Source: Edaphobacter sp.
GTDB taxonomy: Bacteria; Acidobacteriota; Terriglobia; Terriglobales; Acidobacteriaceae
Length of the DNA: 64,000 nucleotides
NCBI GenBank assembly: GCA_965277575.1
Contig: CBDIDK010000001.1
Coordinates: 177,622-241,621, forward strand
Reading direction: 5' to 3'
The position numbers and the translations under genes are program-made. The first letter of the stretch is position 1, and each line of letters begins with the position of its first letter. Positions 7,154 through 17,345 of this stretch are shown piece by piece. The notes under the pieces are model-generated. The model had not been told where the DNA came from, did no database searches, and saw only the letters and a program-made list of their open reading frames with translations.

Positions 7154-10121
7154 GAATCGTCTTCCTCTCGGATTCCCGGATACCGGTTTCCGGCTGTTCG
7201 GCACTCAATGGCGTGCGAGCGCCGGAGGCAGGGAACTCAAGCTGGAAGGCCGTCCCGACGCCAAGTTCGCTCTCGACGTGAATCTTGCCCGCGTGCTCCT
7301 GCATGATGCCGTAGCTCACGGCCAGTCCGAGGCCGGTGCCCTTGTGCTCCCCCTCCTGCGGCTTGGTTTTCGTCGTGAAGAATGGGTCGTAGATCCGGTG
7401 CAGATGCTCCCGTTCGATACCGCCGCCGGAATCCTGAATTCGTATCAGCACCCGTCCCGCACCGTTGAAGGTGGCAATCTTAAGCGTTGCATCTGGTGTC
7501 CCAAACATCGCGTCCTTGGCATTCAACATGAGGTTCAGGATGACCTGCTGCAGCTTGCCCTGGTTTCCACGTATGCGGGAGAGGTGCGGTTCCAGGTTCG
7601 TCTCCACTCGAATCTGCGAGGTCTTGAACTGGTGCTCCAGCAGCGTCATCGTGTCCCGCAGGAGCTGATTCAGATCGATACTGGTGAACTCGGCGCCGCT
7701 GGTGCGCGAAAAGTTCAGCAGACCATTCACGATCTCGGACGCACGGAAGGTCTGCTGGGTGATTTTTTCGAGGATCGTTGCGAGCCGCTCATCGTCCCGC
7801 ATATGTTTGGTCAGCATCTGCGTGTAGCTTGAGATGACGGCGAGCGGTGTATTCACCTCATGCGCCACACCTGCGGCGAGCAGCCCGATCGATGAGAGCT
7901 TCTCGGCCTGCGTCAATTGCGCCTCCAACTGCATCCGGTCCGTGATATCGTCCACCAGGATGATGCGTCCGACGGCAATGAAGTTTCGCGTCACAAGGGG
8001 CGCGATCGCGATGTTGGCAATGCGGACGGACCCGTTAGGCAGGGCGAGGCGGAATTTGTAGAGCGTGTGCGTCCCCTGATCCTCCTGCACGCTGTTGAAA
8101 TTGGCGACAAAGTCCGGCGGAAATACGGCCGCGAGCGGCTGGTGCAGAACCTCCGTTCGCCCCTTCGCGAACATGCCTTCCATCTGAGTATTCCAACTCT
8201 CGATCCGGCCATCCAGATCGACAGCAAACACTCCGATATTGATCGATTCCACGATATTTTCGTGAAACTCCTTCAAGCTCTCGAACTCGGTAATCTTCTG
8301 TTCGAGACGTTGATAGAGCTGCGCGTTCTGGATCGCGATTCCGATGTAGCCGGCCAGCGACTCCAGCAGTTCCATGTCTTCGCTCGAGAGAAAGTCTCCA
8401 TCGTCCGTGCGACCCAGCCCGATTACGGCGACCGTTCGCGTCCCGCCGCCCTCGCGATTGGCGACCCGGCAGGGAAGATAGTAGTTCAGGTCCAGGCGTC
8501 CGGCGCTATGCTGCTGTGCCGCGGGAAGACGAAGCACCTGCTGCGGGTTCTCAAGAAAGATATGGTTGTTTGCTCCGGGCCGGTCGAAGTCGAGGAAACG
8601 CACGTCCAACTCCCGCAGGTCGGGGGCTTGAAGGTTGGTGAGTCCGTGAGATGCGGCCAGATTGAAGTGCCGCACGGACGTTTCGCCATCTGCCTCAGAG
8701 GCAAGGAACACAGCAACGCGGGTGACCAGGAGCGTCTGCGGCAGCCGTTCTACGATCGAATCGAGCAGTGCGCGCAGATCCGTCTGCGAGTTGATACCAC
8801 GTCCAAACTCTACGAGAGTTTCGCGGTAGTCGAATCGCTTCTGATCGAAGACGCGGTCGACCCGCGCCTGAATCGCTCTTTTCAGCGGATCGAAGACGAT
8901 GCCTGTGATGATGATGCCGGCCAGCAGCCCCCAGACGCGCAGGCTGGGCAGCCGCGTATGCACCATCTCCGCCGTCACTGCTACGACGCCGAAGTAAAGT
9001 CCTACCAGCGAAGCCGTGGCCAGCGTGTAGGTCACGCCTCGTTTGAAGATCAGATCGACGTCCATCAGGCGGTAACGCACGATGGCCCAACTGAAGGTAA
9101 GCGGAAGAATGACCAGCGACAGCCCGGCGAGCTTGGTCAGCAGGGTCGGGACAGACCAGTCTGCGAGGTACGGGATGACATTGAAGATCGTAAACGGCGT
9201 AACGGCAAGCAGTGTCCCGCGGGTCAGCCACTTCAATTGCTGCCGCTCCAGCGCAGACTCCGCCCGCCGGTATCGCAGCCGGAACACGATTGCGGCTATG
9301 ACGTAGTACAGCGCGAGGTAGCCTAATGCAATCTGATCCAAACGGTGCAGCAGCACCTCGGTCGCAGACCAGAAGCGAATAGCCCGGTACTGAAGGCCGA
9401 TCAGGAACAAACCGGGTACATACAGCAATGTGCTGAGTATCCGCCGTCCCACGCGGTTCCGGTGCTCAGACGCAAAATCGTCCGAGAAGCTGACCGCAAA
9501 GTGCAGAAACAGCGCGGGCTGCAGCGCCTGCGCCGCCAGGTTTCCCCAGTAGATGAACCAGTCGAATGCTCCTGGTTCTCCCGTCGACCGGAAGCTGTAC
9601 AGCACGAAGGAAGCCAGGCAGAACACATAGAAATGAACCGACTTGGGTGCCGTCCACCGCCGAAACAGCACATAGATTCCGATGCACAGGTATACCAGCG
9701 CGATGAGCCTGAACGCCTGGTTGATCGACCTGTCCTTTGGCTCCAGAATCACCTGGATATCCAGCCGCGTCGCTCCGTTCAGGTCGATCGCGTGAGACAC
9801 CGGCCGGAGGATGGAATAGGTCGCGTGGGCCCAGATGCCGCTGCGAAACATCTCCCGCACCAGAGGAGCCAATCGCGCGGTAGGTTGATCGTCGATGGCG
9901 ACCAGCACATCGCCCGTGCGTATACCCGCGCGGTGCCCGGGAGAGACGACCGGAACCCGCTCGGCCCGCAATCCACCCGCTGCCTCTACCCACCAGATGC
10001 CGTCCGTGGGGACGTCGAAGCCATTCTCCCGCTCGAAGTTGATCCCGGCCAGAACGCACACAGCCACCGTCGCCAACGCGAGGACGACTGCGAGGATTCG
10101 GGTTTGGGCAGCATCTTTCAT
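7146..10121 (-). CDS. large membrane sensor histidine kinase (N-terminal PDZ-like domain, multi-TM block, GAF/PAS, HisKA, HATPase)
   Basis: 991 aa. N-terminal TM segment, then a PDZ-like segment (SPGHRAGIRTGDVLVAIDDQP). This is followed by about 8 hydrophobic segments and a cytoplasmic sensor region. H-box GVAHEVNTPL, N-box LNLMLNAKDAM, G1 DSGGGI, G2 GTGLGLAVS. Confidence 0.85.
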   Translation of the reverse strand: MKDAAQTRILAVVLALATVAVCVLAGINFERENGFDVPTDGIWWVEAAGGLRAERVPVVSPGHRAGIRTGDVLVAIDDQPTARLAPLVREMFRSGIWAHATYSILRPVSHAIDLNGATRLDIQVILEPKDRSINQAFRLIALVYLCIGIYVLFRRWTAPKSVHFYVFCLASFVLYSFRSTGEPGAFDWFIYWGNLAAQALQPALFLHFAVSFSDDFASEHRNRVGRRILSTLLYVPGLFLIGLQYRAIRFWSATEVLLHRLDQIALGYLALYYVIAAIVFRLRYRRAESALERQQLKWLTRGTLLAVTPFTIFNVIPYLADWSVPTLLTKLAGLSLVILPLTFSWAIVRYRLMDVDLIFKRGVTYTLATASLVGLYFGVVAVTAEMVHTRLPSLRVWGLLAGIIITGIVFDPLKRAIQARVDRVFDQKRFDYRETLVEFGRGINSQTDLRALLDSIVERLPQTLLVTRVAVFLASEADGETSVRHFNLAASHGLTNLQAPDLRELDVRFLDFDRPGANNHIFLENPQQVLRLPAAQQHSAGRLDLNYYLPCRVANREGGGTRTVAVIGLGRTDDGDFLSSEDMELLESLAGYIGIAIQNAQLYQRLEQKITEFESLKEFHENIVESINIGVFAVDLDGRIESWNTQMEGMFAKGRTEVLHQPLAAVFPPDFVANFNSVQEDQGTHTLYKFRLALPNGSVRIANIAIAPLVTRNFIAVGRIILVDDITDRMQLEAQLTQAEKLSSIGLLAAGVAHEVNTPLAVISSYTQMLTKHMRDDERLATILEKITQQTFRASEIVNGLLNFSRTSGAEFTSIDLNQLLRDTMTLLEHQFKTSQIRVETNLEPHLSRIRGNQGKLQQVILNLMLNAKDAMFGTPDATLKIATFNGAGRVLIRIQDSGGGIEREHLHRIYDPFFTTKTKPQEGEHKGTGLGLAVSYGIMQEHAGKIHVESELGVGTAFQLEFPASGARTPLSAEQPETGIRESERKTIHV

Positions 10122-10420
10122 AGGCTGGAACGATGGTGTAGCACATCAGGGGCCAAACTCGAAGAACAGGCTCATAACGCGATTGCCGTGCCCTACCTTG
10201 CTTGGGCCTACAGAAAATCATAACCCGAGTTCCTAATATGGATAGAACGTTGGCACACTGAGAGACTTACGTCTTCCTGCTCCTCCAGGTTCCGCATCTC
10301 AAATATTTCCGCTCCGAGGTTCACATCGAGGCGATTTTCACGGTACTGTAACATCAAAGAATTCAGAGATGGAATGGATGGGCGAACTTCGCGGCCGCGC
10401 TCCCTTCTTCAGAGGCACCG

Positions 10421-11377
10421 GTGACATTGAAACGCACAGATACAAAAATCGAGGACCGCTTCGTCCTTGTGAACGGAGCGAGAGTTCACTACCAGTGTGC
10501 GGGTGCCGGACGCCCTCTCCTGCTGTTGCACGGTCTTGTCGGCTCAGCGCATAACTGGCGTTTGAATATCGGTTTCCTTGCCCGGCACTCCAGCGTCTAT
10601 GTCGTTGACCTCTTCAACATGGGCCAATCCGAGCGCGTTCCCGGCCTCGATGCTGGACTGGAAGCAACCGCCGACCGGCTCGCCGCGTGTATGGATGCGC
10701 TTGGCCTGGAGGAGGCCGACATCGCCGGCCACTCGCACGGGGGAGCCGTGGCTATGATGTTTGCCGCCCGTCACCCGAACCGCGTCCGCAGCCTCATCCT
10801 CTTCGCGCCGGCCAATCCCTTTTGCGACCTTGGCCACCAGCTCATCCGCTTCTATCAGACTCGATTCGGCATCTGGCTGGCGCGGCAGATACCTGTTCTG
10901 CCCCGCATGCTCAAAGCGACCGCCCTCAGCCGCATGTACGGCGATCCCGCGCGCGTGTCCAGTGGCTCACTGGAAGGCTATACCGATGGCCTCCACATTC
11001 CCGGCACCATCGATCATGTTCTCCAGATTCTGCAGCACTGGTTCGTCGACATGGGCCTTCTGCGCTCTGCGCTCACCGGTCTCAGGGCAAAACCAACGCT
11101 ACTGATCTGGGGCGACCGCGACCGCGCCGTTGGTTTGAACTCCGGCCGCGAGCTGCAGCGCACGCTTCCACAGTCGAGCCTCGTCGTCATCCCAGGCGCA
11201 GGTCATATTCCGTTCGAAGAGATGCCGGAGGTCTGCAACAAGACCATGCGCGACTGGCTTCTCACCTGTCCGCTTTCCGCGCTTGTCTCCGTCGCAGAAA
11301 CTCAAAAGGAGCTGCGCACCCTGGTCAGCCAAAGCATGGAGCGGCCTGCGCCCTCCGCAACCCACGTCACCGCCTGA
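10421..11377 (+). CDS. alpha/beta-fold hydrolase
   Basis: GTG start. HGLVGSAHNW oxyanion region, nucleophile elbow GHSHGG, C-terminal PGAGHIPFEE. Confidence 0.8.
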   Translation: MTLKRTDTKIEDRFVLVNGARVHYQCAGAGRPLLLLHGLVGSAHNWRLNIGFLARHSSVYVVDLFNMGQSERVPGLDAGLEATADRLAACMDALGLEEADIAGHSHGGAVAMMFAARHPNRVRSLILFAPANPFCDLGHQLIRFYQTRFGIWLARQIPVLPRMLKATALSRMYGDPARVSSGSLEGYTDGLHIPGTIDHVLQILQHWFVDMGLLRSALTGLRAKPTLLIWGDRDRAVGLNSGRELQRTLPQSSLVVIPGAGHIPFEEMPEVCNKTMRDWLLTCPLSALVSVAETQKELRTLVSQSMERPAPSATHVTA

Positions 11378-11399
11378 AGGCCGACCGGCTCGGTGCTGT

Positions 11400-12122
11400 C
11401 TAGCTCAACCCAAACTCACTTGCCACCCAGGAGCGCATCTCCGCCTGCATCGCCGCGAGCTTGGCACCAGGAGATTCGGCGGTTCCTTGAAAGAAGTGGT
11501 CGGCTCCCGTAACCCAGACGAGGCGCTTCGGCTCCGGAGCCTTCTCGAAGACCCGCTCCATCGCATCCGGCGGTCCATACTGATCGTGATCGCCGCTGAT
11601 GAACAGCTTCGGCTGCGAGCATCCGGGCAGAAAGCCGTAGGTGTAGTCTCGCCCTTCCGCACGCACCGGCACTCCAAGCCCGACCAGCCCTTTCACTCGC
11701 ATATCGCCGCAGCAGGCGCGTAGTCCCACATTCGACCCGAAGGAGAAGCCGGCAAACAGCAGAGGCCGTTTCAGATTCTTCTCCACCCAATCCAACGCAG
11801 CGTGTACGTCATCCCGCTCCCCGCACCCGTCGTCGAACTCCCCTTCGCTGAGCCCGACGCTGCGAAAGTTGAACCGGAGTACAGGCAGACCAAACGACGC
11901 AAACGCCTTCATCGCGTGGTATACCACCTTGTTATGCATCGTCCCTCCGCCAGCCGGATGCGGATGGCACACCAATGCGGCATAGGCGGCATCCTCGCGT
12001 CCTGTATTCAGCAGCGCTTCGAGTTTGCCTGCGGGGCCGTAAAGATCTTCAATGGAGCGGATCTGAGATTGAGCGGGAGCATGAGTCGCTGAATGCATGG
12101 AGGAATGTATTATCTGGGTCAT
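11400..12122 (-). CDS. alpha/beta hydrolase, COG2945-like
   Basis: 240-aa ORF with the CHPHPAGGGTMHNKVV segment and nucleophile elbow GFSFGS. Convergent with the preceding hydrolase. Confidence 0.7.
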   Translation of the reverse strand: MTQIIHSSMHSATHAPAQSQIRSIEDLYGPAGKLEALLNTGREDAAYAALVCHPHPAGGGTMHNKVVYHAMKAFASFGLPVLRFNFRSVGLSEGEFDDGCGERDDVHAALDWVEKNLKRPLLFAGFSFGSNVGLRACCGDMRVKGLVGLGVPVRAEGRDYTYGFLPGCSQPKLFISGDHDQYGPPDAMERVFEKAPEPKRLVWVTGADHFFQGTAESPGAKLAAMQAEMRSWVASEFGLS

Positions 12123-12215
12123 CTTAATCAGTCTATCGTCTTGGCATTAAGGCTGGAGCTTCCAGAACGGCTGATGTGGTCAGGCGTTGACGCATCATCA
12201 CGTATGCTGGAGCAC

Positions 12216-13250
12216 ATGGCGATCGACCCCATCCAACTGACCCGGCAACTCGTCGACATCGAATCCACCACGTACTGCGAAGGGCTCGCCGGAGCCTTTC
12301 TGCATGACTATCTGACGTCCCAGCGCTATCAGGTCGAGCGCCAACCTGTGGCCCAGCCCGACCGCTCCTGTACCCCTGGCGCGGGCAGCGGCGACCGCTT
12401 CAACGTGTACGCCGCGCTGCCCGGTGTTACCCCGGATGTCGTGCTCTCCACCCACATGGATACCGTTCCCCCTTTCTTCGGCTGCACAGAAGATGATCTC
12501 TACCTTTATGGCAGGGGAACATGCGATGCGAAGGGCATTATCGCCGCCCAGATTGCCGCCGCCGACCAGTTGCGCGAAGCTGGTGTGAAGATAGCTCTGC
12601 TCTTCCTTGTCGGCGAGGAGCGCGACTCAGCCGGAGCGGTGGCTGCCAATCTGACTCCGAAGGGCTCCCGCTTCCTGATTAACGGGGAGCCTACCGATAA
12701 CCGGCTTGCCATCGCCTCCAAAGGGGCGCTTCGCGTCGAACTTCGCGCCAAGGGCCGCATGGCTCACTCGGCCTACCCCGAGCTGGGCGAATCAGCCATC
12801 GACAAGCTCATCTCGGCACTCCACGACGTGATGGCGCTGCCTCTTCCGGTCGAGCCCGAGATCGGCCCCTCGACCCTGAACATCGGTCTCATCGAAGGCG
12901 GCCGCGCCCCCAACGTCATCGCGGATAAAGCGGAAGCTCACCTGCTAATCCGCCTGGTCGGGCCGGCCGTCGAAATAAAAAAATCGATCATCGCAACCGT
13001 AGGCGACCGCGCGGATGTTGAGTTCAGCCTCGAACTCCCTTTCGTTCGCATGCGCAAAGTAGGCAACCTTCCTACCATGGTCGCCAAATTTACCAGCGAT
13101 ATCCCCTCACTCACCGCCTGGGGCGAACCCTTTCTGCTCGGCCCGGGTTCGATCCATGTGGCCCACACACCCGATGAAAAGATCGAAAAGAAGGAGCTGC
13201 TGGAAGCCGTCACGCTTTATACCGAGCTTGCCACCAGCCTGGTTGGGTGA
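12216..13250 (+). CDS. M20-family metallohydrolase (ArgE/DapE-like deacylase), cytoplasmic
   Basis: Metal-ligand motifs STHMDTVPP, YGRGTCDAKG and LVGEERDSAG, with no signal peptide. Start is at ATG 12216 or 12204. The ORF-track start at 12093 overlaps the divergent gene. Confidence 0.8.
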   Translation: MAIDPIQLTRQLVDIESTTYCEGLAGAFLHDYLTSQRYQVERQPVAQPDRSCTPGAGSGDRFNVYAALPGVTPDVVLSTHMDTVPPFFGCTEDDLYLYGRGTCDAKGIIAAQIAAADQLREAGVKIALLFLVGEERDSAGAVAANLTPKGSRFLINGEPTDNRLAIASKGALRVELRAKGRMAHSAYPELGESAIDKLISALHDVMALPLPVEPEIGPSTLNIGLIEGGRAPNVIADKAEAHLLIRLVGPAVEIKKSIIATVGDRADVEFSLELPFVRMRKVGNLPTMVAKFTSDIPSLTAWGEPFLLGPGSIHVAHTPDEKIEKKELLEAVTLYTELATSLVG

Positions 13251-13324
13251 GACGTTTGCTGCATTGGATGAGAGGTTCGTGGCGTATGCCGGTGAGGGGG
13301 TCATCGTCAGATGCTGTTGTGGAT

Positions 13325-15859
13325 CTATGCCCGGCACACCTCAAGAATTCGAGAGCCAAACTTCTCTACTTTTTCTACACCGAGACCCGGGATGGATTTG
13401 AGTTCAGTGAGGTTCTGTGGCCGAGCCAGAACAATGCTGCGGAGGGTGGTGGAGGCAAGGACGAAAAAGAGGGGGAGACCCAGTGTCTCGGATTCGGATT
13501 TTCGCCATTCGCGCAGGCGCTGGTCGAGTGTTTGTTGTTCTGGAGTAAGGGAGTCGGCTGGGTCCGAGGTGGTGGGGCGGGACCTAATGAAGGTTTCCTC
13601 GTGCAGATTGGCCCTGGTGCTTACCGCGGAATACACGGGCCGCTCCGCTGCGGTGAGAGAGCGCGCCTTTGGTCGAGGTGACGTATCTCTTTTATTCTTG
13701 TCCGGTCTGGATGGATTGTTCCCTCCAGAGCTGGTTGAGTTAATCGAAGGCGGTTTGTGCTGGATGGTTGAGGTGGGGTCAGAGTGTTCAGAGCGGCAGA
13801 GGGCGATGATATCTGCGCCGTAGCGGTCTGTTTTTTCGGGGCCTATGCCGGAGACGGTGAGGAGTTCAGAGATCGTTTGTGGGACTGCGAGAACTAGATT
13901 GTGGAGGACGGTGTCGCCGAAGACGATGAACGCTGGTTTGCGGGTCTTTGCGGCTTCGGCTTTGCGCCAGTCGCGGAGGTTGGTTTCGAGGACCTGCTGG
14001 GCGGGAGTGTAGGCAGCCGTGGCCTGGTCGCGTTCGGCTTTGAGAGAGGCTTCGGAGGTCCGGGTGGGAGTGCCTGCGCTGGAGACTCTGCTCAAGCGCT
14101 TACTGCGAAATGTGCTGGTTGCGCTGGAGATATCACGAAGGAGGAGGTCTGGAGGCAACGGGCCGGTGAGAGTGCGGCCTTCGTGGGTCAGGGAGGCTTT
14201 TTTGAAGGTGATGAGATTGCCTTCGGGGTTGGTCCAGTGGTCGGTGTTCAACGTGATGAGGCCGGAGCGGGTGAGGGCATCGAGCAAAGAATCGAAGACT
14301 TTGCGATCGGCGGCTGGGGTGTTACGCAAGGGGCCGGTGGAGAGTTCGGTATGAAGCTTGCCGGTGGCGCGTGTCGTCCCTTCGAGCGTGCGGAGGATGG
14401 CGCGGAGCTGGCGGTCTTCTTCTGTGGTGGGTGTGCGGAAGGTCTGTGCGGTGGCGCTTTGCGGGGCGCAGAAGTCGCAATGGCCGCAGGGACGGAGGCC
14501 GTCGGCAGTGTCGCCGAAGTGCTGGATGAGGGCGGCCATGCGGCATTGAGCAGACTCGGCGAACTGGACCATGCGGTCGATCTGTCCACGGCGCAGGGCG
14601 ATCTGGGCATCGTAGCCCCTACTCCACGCTGCGTGCCGGACATTGTTTGACGCGGTCCGTACGTTGCCGGCCATATCGACGGCTGCTGCGCCCTGGGCGA
14701 TCAGTTTTTCTACGGCTTTATCAAAGGTCTCGGCGTCCATTTTGAGGTGCTGGCGGAGAAGGTCGGGCATCTGGTAGTCCGGGGTAAGCAGGGCGGCGAC
14801 GCGGGTGAGTTCGGTGAGGGCGGGGTAGTCGCGCTCGAGAAAGAAGTCGTGCATCTTGCGGTCGGCGAAGGAATGGAGCAGCACCGTGCGCGAGGGCTGC
14901 CCGTCGCGTCCGGCGCGGCCGATCTCCTGGTAGTACTGCTCGACCGAACCGGGCAGGGCGGTGTGGACGACGGTGCGGACGTCGGCTTTATCGATACCCA
15001 TGCCGAAGGCGATCGTGGCGACCACCACCTCTAATTTTCCGCCGAGGAATTCGCGCTGGACTCGCTCGCGGGTGGCGGGATCGAGACCGGCGTGATAGGC
15101 AGCGGCGCTTCTTCCGAGGACGGAAGCCAGCTCTTCGGCGGACTTGCGGGAGGGGGCGTAGACGATGGCGGGGCGGTTGGCCGGAAGCTTGAGGAGGTTG
15201 GCGGTGAACTCGTTGCGGCGGGGTTTCGAGAGCTCGACGACCTCGATGGCGAGATTGTGGCGGCGAAAGCCGTGGATGAAGAGAGCGGGTTGCGAGAGCT
15301 GAAGCTGGGTGACGATATCTTTCTGGACGGTCGGGGTCGCGGTGGCGGTGAGGGCGATGACGGGCGCGGGGCGGAGGGCGGGGAGGAAGTCGCCGAGGGT
15401 GCGGTAGTCGGGACGAAAGTCATGGCCCCAGGCGGAGATGCAGTGGGCCTCGTCGATGGCGATCAGCGAAGGTTTTTTCCGGCTGAGCATCTCGGGAAAG
15501 CCAGGGACGCGCATGCGCTCGGGTGCGATAAACAGAAACTGAAGGGTGCCATCGAGGTAGTCGCGGCAGGCCTGGCGTGACTCATCGCGGCTAAGGCCCG
15601 AGTGGATGCGGGCCACGCGCAGACCCACGGCAGTAAGTTTGGCGGCCTGGTCGTCCATAAGGGCGATGAGCGGCGAAATGACCAGCGCGGTGCCTCCGCG
15701 GGCGATCGCGGGGAGTTGATAGCAGAGCGACTTTCCGGCTCCCGTGGGCATGACAAGCAGTACGTCGCGGCCGTCGGTGGCGGCGCGGCAGACGGCCTCC
15801 TGGTTGGCGCGAAAGGTAGGGAAGCCGAAGGTATGGTGGAGCAGGGTTTCGAGGTTCAT
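13325..15859 (-). CDS. recQ: ATP-dependent DNA helicase RecQ with two C-terminal HRDC-like domains
   Basis: Walker A PTGAGKS. DEAH box in IAIDEAHCISAWGHDFRPDY. RecQ Zn-finger cysteines (...CGHCDFC). Two repeats of an HRDC-like segment at the C-terminus. Start is at ATG 15859 (MNLETLLHHTFGF...); the ORF-track start at 16012 adds an Arg-rich extension that is unlikely to be real. Confidence 0.9.
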   Translation of the reverse strand: MNLETLLHHTFGFPTFRANQEAVCRAATDGRDVLLVMPTGAGKSLCYQLPAIARGGTALVISPLIALMDDQAAKLTAVGLRVARIHSGLSRDESRQACRDYLDGTLQFLFIAPERMRVPGFPEMLSRKKPSLIAIDEAHCISAWGHDFRPDYRTLGDFLPALRPAPVIALTATATPTVQKDIVTQLQLSQPALFIHGFRRHNLAIEVVELSKPRRNEFTANLLKLPANRPAIVYAPSRKSAEELASVLGRSAAAYHAGLDPATRERVQREFLGGKLEVVVATIAFGMGIDKADVRTVVHTALPGSVEQYYQEIGRAGRDGQPSRTVLLHSFADRKMHDFFLERDYPALTELTRVAALLTPDYQMPDLLRQHLKMDAETFDKAVEKLIAQGAAAVDMAGNVRTASNNVRHAAWSRGYDAQIALRRGQIDRMVQFAESAQCRMAALIQHFGDTADGLRPCGHCDFCAPQSATAQTFRTPTTEEDRQLRAILRTLEGTTRATGKLHTELSTGPLRNTPAADRKVFDSLLDALTRSGLITLNTDHWTNPEGNLITFKKASLTHEGRTLTGPLPPDLLLRDISSATSTFRSKRLSRVSSAGTPTRTSEASLKAERDQATAAYTPAQQVLETNLRDWRKAEAAKTRKPAFIVFGDTVLHNLVLAVPQTISELLTVSGIGPEKTDRYGADIIALCRSEHSDPTSTIQHKPPSINSTSSGGNNPSRPDKNKRDTSPRPKARSLTAAERPVYSAVSTRANLHEETFIRSRPTTSDPADSLTPEQQTLDQRLREWRKSESETLGLPLFFVLASTTLRSIVLARPQNLTELKSIPGLGVEKVEKFGSRILEVCRA

Positions 15860-16099
15860 GCGGCTGGTTTGAGTTTCGCATATTCTTCGTCTGGGGATGA
15901 AGTGACGTTTGGGGTGCCGTCGGGATGAAGATCGTTGGCCCCTGTGACTTGTTCGAAGCCGAAGCGGCTGTGGATTTCTTCGGCTGATCCGGTTGCGGAT
16001 GGATAGAATCATGAGGTCGTGATAGACGTAATCGTTTTAGTAAAGGAAATTTGTGCGAATTCGTCGTATAACAAGAGGCAAGCCAGAGGTGGAGCCGTT

Positions 16100-17287
16100 T
16101 TGTCGAACGATAGCGCAGCGATCGTAGCTCCCCGTGGCAGACTCATGTCGCTTGACGTACTGCGTGGCCTGACCGTGGCTGGGATGATCCTGGTAACGGA
16201 CCCGGGAACGTATAGCGCGGTGTACTGGCCGCTGCGACATGCTGAGTGGAACGGCGCAACGCCGACCGACATGATCTTTCCGTGTTTTCTGTTTATGAGC
16301 GGAATCGCGATACCGCTGTCCATGGCGGCGAGGATCGAGCGTGGTGCTGACCGGAGAAGGCTGGCTCGCCATATCGTGGTGCGCTGTGTCGCGCTTTTTC
16401 TGATTGGCCTGCTGGTGAATGGATTCCCCGACTACGATCTGCATACCATTCGTATGCCGGGGATACTGCAGCGGATTGCGATCTGCTATCTCTGCGGGGC
16501 GCTGGTGTATCTCTGGTCTGGCGGGGATGGACGCGTTCGACGATACGGCAGCAGTTGGGTCATCGGGGTCTTGATTGCTCTTCTGCTTGGCGGATATTGG
16601 GCGGTGTTGAAGCTGATTCCTGTACCTGGGTTTGGAGCCGGGCGGCTGGATTCGTTGGGCAATGTGGCGGCGTATGTGGACCGGGCTGTCATTGGGACGA
16701 GGCATATGTGGGCCTACGGAACGACGCCTGGATACGGTGTGACGTATGACTCGGAGGGAATTCTTTCGACCCTCACTGCGGTGGCTACGCTGCTGTTCGG
16801 CGTGATTGCGGGGGAGTGGATGCGGACCAGGCGTTCGGATGCACGGAAGGCGGGGGGACTGGCTTTGGCCGGGTTGGCGCTTGTGCTGGCGGGATGGTTT
16901 TTACAGCCGTGGCTCCCGATCAACAAGAAAATACTGACGAGCACGTTTGCGCTCTTCAGCAGTGGAGTAAGTCTACTGGCATTTTGTGTATGCTATGCGA
17001 TTCTTGATATCAAGCGCTGGCGCTGGTGGGCTTCTCCGGCGCTAGTCTTCGGGACTAATGCGATCTTTGCCTTTGTGCTTTCGACCGTGATTACTACGCT
17101 TGCGAATCGAATTCATGTGCAGGCGGGCGGCGGTTCCATAAACCTGCACGCGTGGGGTTACCGGTATGGATTCGCGTCGTGGATGCAGCCGGTTCATGCA
17201 TCGCTGGCCTATGCTATTGCGATCGTCTGCCTGAATCTGGCGCTCGTAGGTTTGCTCTATCGCAAACGGATCTTCCTGCGGGTATGA
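16100..17287 (+). CDS. HGSNAT/DUF1624-like polytopic membrane acyltransferase
   Basis: N-terminal R-L-x-SLDVLRG motif followed by about 10 hydrophobic segments. Probable TTG start at 16100 preceded by GGTGGAG; the ORF-track start is 16019. Confidence 0.65.
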   Translation: MSNDSAAIVAPRGRLMSLDVLRGLTVAGMILVTDPGTYSAVYWPLRHAEWNGATPTDMIFPCFLFMSGIAIPLSMAARIERGADRRRLARHIVVRCVALFLIGLLVNGFPDYDLHTIRMPGILQRIAICYLCGALVYLWSGGDGRVRRYGSSWVIGVLIALLLGGYWAVLKLIPVPGFGAGRLDSLGNVAAYVDRAVIGTRHMWAYGTTPGYGVTYDSEGILSTLTAVATLLFGVIAGEWMRTRRSDARKAGGLALAGLALVLAGWFLQPWLPINKKILTSTFALFSSGVSLLAFCVCYAILDIKRWRWWASPALVFGTNAIFAFVLSTVITTLANRIHVQAGGGSINLHAWGYRYGFASWMQPVHASLAYAIAIVCLNLALVGLLYRKRIFLRV

Positions 17288-17345
17288 TGATGGCATTCAC
17301 AAAAGCAGCACGTTACTTTTCAGACGAAGTTTCAGGGAGAACGCA

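Noticed and set aside
10251-10267. TGGCAC (a sigma-54 -24-like hexamer) next to the NtrC-type regulator locus. A second GTTGGCACAC occurs at 23766-23775, upstream of the OmpR-type regulator.
   Set aside because: Neither has the -12 TTGC/GC element at the required spacing (TGGCAC-actga-GAGAC and TGGCAC-acggt-GGTCT). A lone hexamer is expected by chance in 64 kb.
12093-12215. Long 5' extension of the M20 deacylase ORF, overlapping the divergent alpha/beta hydrolase start.
   Set aside because: The extension (MHGGMYYLGHLNQSIV...) overlaps 30 nt of the opposite-strand gene and its upstream region, and has no homology-like features. Internal ATGs at 12204 or 12216 give a typical M20 N-terminus.
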